Source of the DNA: Acaryochloris marina S15
GTDB lineage: Bacteria > Cyanobacteriota > Cyanobacteriia > Thermosynechococcales > Thermosynechococcaceae
NCBI RefSeq assembly: GCF_018336915.1
Contig: NZ_CP064923.1
Span: 5,640,001-5,672,000 of the forward strand
Direction of reading: 5' to 3'
DNA length: 32,000 nt
Each line of letters opens with the position of its first letter. Position 1 is the stretch's first letter. The position numbers were made by a program, and so were the translations under genes. Below are positions 28,104 through 32,000 of the stretch, in pieces. Under the pieces are notes generated by a model. It was given only the letters and a program-made list of their open reading frames with translations. It was not told the DNA's origin and searched no databases.

Positions 28104-28909
28104 AGGTAGGTATCGGCTTGCTGGGCTTCGGCCATCAAAACATCAAAGCTAGGAATATCTGTATCCCACTCAATCAGCGTTGGCACAGGACCAAACCGCT
28201 GAAGGGCCTGCTGATAAAGCGTCCAAACCCCAGGCTGTACCGGGTAGCCGTGGGTATCGAATAAAAAGTGGTCCTGCTCTTCGTAACCCGCCAGATGGAT
28301 CTCTTTGATGCGATCTACGGGAAGTGCATCCAGATAGTCCAAGGGGTCAAAGCCATGATTCGTGGCATTGACGTAGACATTGTTGATATCTAAGAGCAGA
28401 TGACAATCGGCTTCGACTAAGAGGGCGGCCAGAAACTGCCATTCAGTCAAGCTATTGTGGCGAAACTGGAGATAGGGCGATAGATTTTCAATCAGAATCT
28501 GGCGACCGAGGAAGTCCTGCACCTGCGAAATCCGATCGGCAACGTAATGGAGAACCGATTCAGTGTAGGGTAACGGCGCTAAGTCATTGAAATAATGGCC
28601 GTTGACGGACACCCAGGCCAAATGATCAGAGACATGAACTGGCTCAATCCGATCCGCAAGCTGTTTGAGCTGGGTCAAATAGTCCATATTGAGGGGATCT
28701 GCTGACCCCAGGGACAGACTGACGCCATGGAGGGTGATCGGATACTGTGCTCGAATTTGTTCGAGGTGATACAAAGGCAAACCACCCCCCAAATAATTGT
28801 CGGAGAGGGCTTCTAGCCAGGGTATGGCGGGTTGATGAGTAAGGATGTGGTTGTAGTGTTGCGATCGCAACCCAATCCCAACTCCTTGAATCGTTGTCAT
28901 AGCACCCAT
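28079..28909 (-). CDS. bufB: DUF692 / MNIO-family oxidative RiPP maturase (HvfB/BufB/MbnB-like)
   Basis: GVGIGLRSQHY...PWLEALSDNY...TLHGVSLSLGS...VSDHLAW...ILIENLS...LLLDINNVYVNA...IHLAGY...PTLIEWD is collinear with the DUF692 TIM-barrel. Start moved to ATG 28909 (GGAG 5 nt upstream), because the ORF track start at 28954 lies inside a hairpin. Confidence 0.9.
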   Translation of the reverse strand: MGAMTTIQGVGIGLRSQHYNHILTHQPAIPWLEALSDNYLGGGLPLYHLEQIRAQYPITLHGVSLSLGSADPLNMDYLTQLKQLADRIEPVHVSDHLAWVSVNGHYFNDLAPLPYTESVLHYVADRISQVQDFLGRQILIENLSPYLQFRHNSLTEWQFLAALLVEADCHLLLDINNVYVNATNHGFDPLDYLDALPVDRIKEIHLAGYEEQDHFLFDTHGYPVQPGVWTLYQQALQRFGPVPTLIEWDTDIPSFDVLMAEAQQADTYLCQHHPQN

Positions 28910-28929
28910 AAATACTCCAAAACGTAAGG

Positions 28930-28954
28930 GTGCCTGCCGATTCACAGCAGGCAC
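28930..28954 (-). terminator. Hairpin (leaky terminator/attenuator) between precursor and maturase genes
   Basis: GTGCCTGC (28930-28937) pairs with GCAGGCAC (28947-28954) across a 9-nt loop. On the transcript it is followed by CCUUACGUUUUGG. It is duplicated at 30250-30274 after the second precursor copy. Confidence 0.45.
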
Positions 28955-28978
28955 TCAAACTTCGTTGGGTCAATTAAC

Positions 28979-29284
28979 TTAACCCTTCTCCTTGCCTTCT
29001 TCAGCAGGAGGTGCAGCCTCTTTCAAGGTTGATCCAACAATCTTTTCACAGGTTCCAGCAGGCACATAAATCCACTCTTCTGGGTCATTATCGACTGTCG
29101 CTTTACCAGAGCAGTCATGCTTGCTCGTGCCACAGTCATTGAGGCCAGTCTTGACGATACCGGCACATTTTTCAAAACCGGGCTTACCGGCGACTGCATC
29201 ATCCGATCGCGTTGCCACTAGGCCGAGGGCAAGCACACCTGATAAAGCGGTGGTAACAGCAATGGCTTTGGTCGTCGTTTTCAT
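28979..29284 (-). CDS. bufA: DUF2282 secreted Cys-containing RiPP precursor (HvfA/BufA bufferin-type metallophore), copy 1
   Basis: Signal peptide [24 protein letters not shown]. Core [47 protein letters not shown] carries the four conserved Cys of DUF2282. Confidence 0.85.
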   Translation of the reverse strand: MKTTTKAIAVTTALSGVLALGLVATRSDDAVAGKPGFEKCAGIVKTGLNDCGTSKHDCSGKATVDNDPEEWIYVPAGTCEKIVGSTLKEAAPPAEEGKEKG

Positions 29285-29349
29285 GATGGTGAATTTCCTT
29301 TAGCAGTTTGCATTCGTTGAGCAGAGTAGGCTGGCTGCTGCTCCCATTT

Positions 29350-29383
29350 AGAATACGAGCCAATCCTTCCTTTGGATGTAGAG
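29350..29383 (-). promoter_or_regulatory. Putative promoter of bufA copy 1 (CTCTACATCC-N18-TATTCT)
   Basis: The same architecture occurs upstream of copy 2 with identical 18-nt spacing and a shared TCG just before the -10 hexamer. Confidence 0.45.
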
Positions 29384-29678
29384 TTTTCGATTTTGTCGTC
29401 GTTTGCACCTAAGTGCATTGCCTATGGAGAATTTGGAGAATTGCAATAGTCTCCGACCAGCCTATGTCCTGCGGACAGAAAGCAACGGCCATCGCAACCT
29501 TACCGTCAGCAGCTACGACAACGGGTTTAAGAATAAAAATCTGTTTTCCTGCCGATGACACCATAGGTTAAATATAAAATTTTCCTTAAATCTTATAAAA
29601 TTGGTTACGTTCATATATTTAAAGTCTGTCTAAAAAAATCGGCACAGGCTTTGTTTTTTTATTTATTTGGAGATAAAA

Positions 29679-30191
29679 GTGAAGAAACAAGCATTAACTC
29701 TCGCATTAGCTAGTACCCTTCTTGCTACGAGCGCTTACGCTTCCGACATCACCACTGAAGAAGTTGAAGCAGCACAAGACGCATGGGGAAATGGCATTGT
29801 AGAAATAGGCAAAGCTGAAGATCCTAAACAAGCAGCCATCGCCCATATTGATAAGTTTTATGGGTTTGATATGGGTTCTGTTTTGTTCAAACCGACCTTA
29901 GCATCTGAGGATCAATTTCGAGGGACCAAACAAGAAGCCTTATCTTATTTCATTGGCCAAAATTTGAAAGAAGACAAGGGATTTGCCCTTGCACCCTACA
30001 CTAAAGTTCGTTGGGAAAATGAAGGCATCATCGTTGACGATGACTCAGCCGTAGCAATGGGGAATTACTTCTTCACTAAAACAGATGGTGAAGAAATAAA
30101 AGTGGAGTTTACCCTTGGTTACGTTAAAGACGACAATGGCAACTTAAAGATTAATCTGCACCATTCATCACTACCCTTTAGTGCCAACTAA
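29679..30191 (+). CDS. Secreted hypothetical protein (possible NTF2/SnoaL-like fold)
   Basis: GGAGA plus GTG at 29679 (the ORF track starts at TTG 29667). Signal peptide MKKQALTLALASTLLATSAYA. The coding and upstream sequence are visibly more AT-rich than the surroundings. Confidence 0.7.
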   Translation: MKKQALTLALASTLLATSAYASDITTEEVEAAQDAWGNGIVEIGKAEDPKQAAIAHIDKFYGFDMGSVLFKPTLASEDQFRGTKQEALSYFIGQNLKEDKGFALAPYTKVRWENEGIIVDDDSAVAMGNYFFTKTDGEEIKVEFTLGYVKDDNGNLKINLHHSSLPFSAN

Positions 30192-30298
30192 TCTCAGTTC
30201 AGCCCCCTGACTTGAAGTCATTGAAGCCATAAATACTCCAAAACGCAAAGTGCCTGCTATTGACAAGCAGGCACTCCAACTTTGCAGGGTGAAGTGAC

Positions 30299-30613
30299 TT
30301 ACCCCTGCTTCTTGTCTTCTTCAACAGCTTCCGCAGGGGGAGCAGCCTCCTTCAAGGTTGATCCAACAATCTTTTCACAGGTTCCAGCAGGCACATAAAT
30401 CCACTCTTCTGGGTCATTATCGACTGTCGCTTTACCAGAGCAGTCATGCTTGCTCGTGCCACAGTCATTGAGGCCAGTCTTGACGATACCCGCACATTTT
30501 TCAAACCCAGGCTTACCGGCAACTGCATTGTCAGATCGAGTCGCAACTAAACCAAGGGCAAGCACACTGGATAAAGCAGTGGTAACGGCAACGGCTTTGG
30601 TCGTTGTTTTCAT
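30299..30613 (-). CDS. bufA: DUF2282 RiPP precursor (BufA-type), orphan copy 2
   Basis: The core peptide is identical to copy 1. Differences are confined to the signal peptide (I/V, G/S, D/N) and the acidic C-terminal tail. Confidence 0.85.
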   Translation of the reverse strand: MKTTTKAVAVTTALSSVLALGLVATRSDNAVAGKPGFEKCAGIVKTGLNDCGTSKHDCSGKATVDNDPEEWIYVPAGTCEKIVGSTLKEAAPPAEAVEEDKKQG

Positions 30614-30686
30614 AATGGTAAATAGCCTTCAAGAGATTTAGTTCGTTGAGGTAGACAATCTAATACATGAGAATTTGCCCACATTA

Positions 30687-30720
30687 ATAGTACGAACAAC
30701 TCAGGCTAGCGGATGTAGAC
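30687..30720 (-). promoter_or_regulatory. Putative promoter of bufA copy 2 (GTCTACATCC-N18-TACTAT)
   Basis: See the copy 1 promoter. The shared element GGATGTAGA (plus strand) is at 30711-30719. Confidence 0.45.
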
Positions 30721-30826
30721 CTGCAAATATAATCAGGAGCGCCACAGAGGGTAGCTTCAGGGTAAATGATTGGAATTAAGACAAGCCATTGTTTCCATTG
30801 TTTATCTAATGCCTAACCCTTAGCCC

Positions 30827-31087
30827 CTAACGAAGAGATTCACAGAGTGCATCAATATCTTGCTTGGCAATCTCACTGGCGGCTCGATGGAGCTTATATT
30901 GCTGAGGGGGATGGGTCATGATCGCAATCACCGTTTCTATGGGTGGGCAACAAGGCTCATGACAGGCCAACTGACTAATTGACACCGGGATATCAGCAGG
31001 AATGGTAAAGGCTTCATAAACCCAGGCTTTCAGTTGTTCAATCTGTTCTGGATCCGCTTTAGGCGTAGATGTTTTAAACAAATCCAT
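30827..31087 (-). CDS. Small hypothetical protein with CHEPCCPP motif
   Basis: 86-aa ORF starting 23 nt downstream of the WD40 gene on the same strand. Confidence 0.5.
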   Translation of the reverse strand: MDLFKTSTPKADPEQIEQLKAWVYEAFTIPADIPVSISQLACHEPCCPPIETVIAIMTHPPQQYKLHRAASEIAKQDIDALCESLR

Positions 31088-31110
31088 TGGAAATACTCTC
31101 CACTAAATAA

Positions 31111-32000
31111 CTAGCGAAATCCTTGCCCCCGTGAACTTTGGGTCCAAAGCTGCCATTCTCCTTGCTGACCCCCTAGGGCTAAGGTCTGGCCATCTGGACT
31201 CCAAGCCAGCGCTGAACCGCTGATGCCTTTTTGCGCTTGTATTAGCTTGTATCCACCTTGCCACAGACAGAGATAGTCATCCGCCGCTGCAGATACCAAA
31301 AGGGTGCTATTGGGCTGAAAGGCAATGGCATTGACTGCCTGCGTATGCCCATCCAATAGCTCGGCTTCCCAGCCATCCCCTTCACGTTGCCAGGTAGTGA
31401 CGCAGCTACCACTGGCTGCAGACAGAAGATGAGTAGCATCCACCACGGACCAGGCCAACTGCCGAACTTTGCCTGGGAAACCCGTCATGCGCCAGGGGGT
31501 TGTTTTATCCGAAGGCCAGACCACTAAGGTGGGATCTAAATTTCCTGAGGCTAAATATTGCCCGTCGGGTGACCAAGAGACACAGAGACTCGATCCTGAA
31601 ATCTCTCGAATTTCCGGATCTTGGTCCCAATCCTGCCAAATTTTGACCCCTTGATGGCCCCCCACCGCCAGCCAATCCTGCTGAGGATGCCAGGCTAAAT
31701 CTAAAACGGAAGAGCTTTCAAAAGCGAGAGTGGTCAGGACTTGTTGAGTCTCAGCTTCCCAGACCTGGGCATAGCGCCCCAAACTAAACACCAATTCTTG
31801 ACGCCGGGGATGCCAGGCTAGTTGATCCACCCAGGCGCGAGGATTCTCTAGACAAGTAACTAGGGTTGGTGGGTCTCCGCTCATCTCCCAAATAAAAACA
31901 CGGCCATCTTGCCCCCCTGCTGCCAGAAAATGGCCGTCAGCGGAGTAAGCCAAGGCATCCACTGACTGTCCGGTACCCGTTTGCAGACAATAGGTTTGCT
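31111..32000 (-). CDS. WD40-repeat protein (5' end outside the window)
   Basis: Repeated units of the form ...LAWSPDGQ.LA.GG.DG.V.IW.... The frame stays open upstream of the GTG at 31962 to the window edge (...TYCLQTGTGQSVDALAYSADGHFLAAGGQDG). Confidence 0.85.
   Translation of the reverse strand, partial: QTYCLQTGTGQSVDALAYSADGHFLAAGGQDGRVFIWEMSGDPPTLVTCLENPRAWVDQLAWHPRRQELVFSLGRYAQVWEAETQQVLTTLAFESSSVLDLAWHPQQDWLAVGGHQGVKIWQDWDQDPEIREISGSSLCVSWSPDGQYLASGNLDPTLVVWPSDKTTPWRMTGFPGKVRQLAWSVVDATHLLSAASGSCVTTWQREGDGWEAELLDGHTQAVNAIAFQPNSTLLVSAAADDYLCLWQGGYKLIQAQKGISGSALAWSPDGQTLALGGQQGEWQLWTQSSRGQGFR

Larger units (their letters stand above)
28906..29383. repeat. Segmental duplication, copy 1 (bufA, downstream hairpin and SD, upstream promoter)
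   Basis: Collinear with 30226-30720. The left breakpoint is at the first codon of bufB. Confidence 0.8.
30226..30720. repeat. Segmental duplication, copy 2
   Basis: Collinear with 28906-29383. Contains a 140-nt perfectly identical block, 30351-30490 = 29022-29161. Confidence 0.8.

Noticed and set aside
28910-28973. Longer bufB start at 28954 and the 109-aa alternative-frame ORF 28644-28973
   Set aside because: This region forms the conserved hairpin and SD that is duplicated after bufA copy 2. The alternative-frame ORF has no features and lies inside or overlaps bufB.
29121-30641. Plus-strand 60-63-aa ORFs and a minus-strand 64-aa ORF overlapping the two bufA copies
   Set aside because: They are antisense or alternative frames of the DUF2282 genes and are duplicated only because the DNA is duplicated.
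21060-30720. Metal block as an integrative element or prophage remnant
   Set aside because: No integrase, recombinase, tRNA gene or att-like long direct repeats were seen. The only mobile gene is the IS630 transposase.

Overview
This looks like a cyanobacterial chromosomal segment: there are ten copies of the HIP1 palindrome GCGATCGC, and cyanobacterial-type pepA, thiC and truB genes. Housekeeping genes (pepA, nitroreductase, thiC behind a TPP riboswitch, truB, a cell-wall amidase) are mixed with three accessory blocks.

(1) 4.6-10.4 kb, minus strand. A tightly packed operon encodes a coiled-coil protein, a transmembrane protein (Roadblock-like cytoplasmic segment plus periplasmic OmpA_C domain), a Ras/Rab-like small GTPase, a catalytically dead class-III cyclase-domain protein, and a GGDEF-EAL enzyme. 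This is my best candidate for an uncharacterised signalling system.

(2) 21-26.3 kb. A metal-homeostasis block starts with a perfect Fur/Zur-type 7-1-7 box. It is followed by an FAD oxidoreductase, SufE, and a COG0523 metallochaperone gene cleanly split by an IS630-family element with a TA duplication. Next come a CadC-like ArsR/SmtB repressor and a C-terminal-domain-less CDF exporter.

(3) 27.3-30.7 kb. A DUF2282-DUF692-DUF2063 cluster matches the MNIO-type RiPP family recently named bufferins (HvfABC). A second, orphan precursor copy shows a 140-nt block of perfect identity, and both precursors share a promoter motif.

Between blocks 2 and 3 lies a brnTA toxin-antitoxin pair whose toxin carries an in-frame TAA. 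I recognised no rRNA, tRNA or CRISPR array. All domain calls come from reading motifs by eye; no searches were run.
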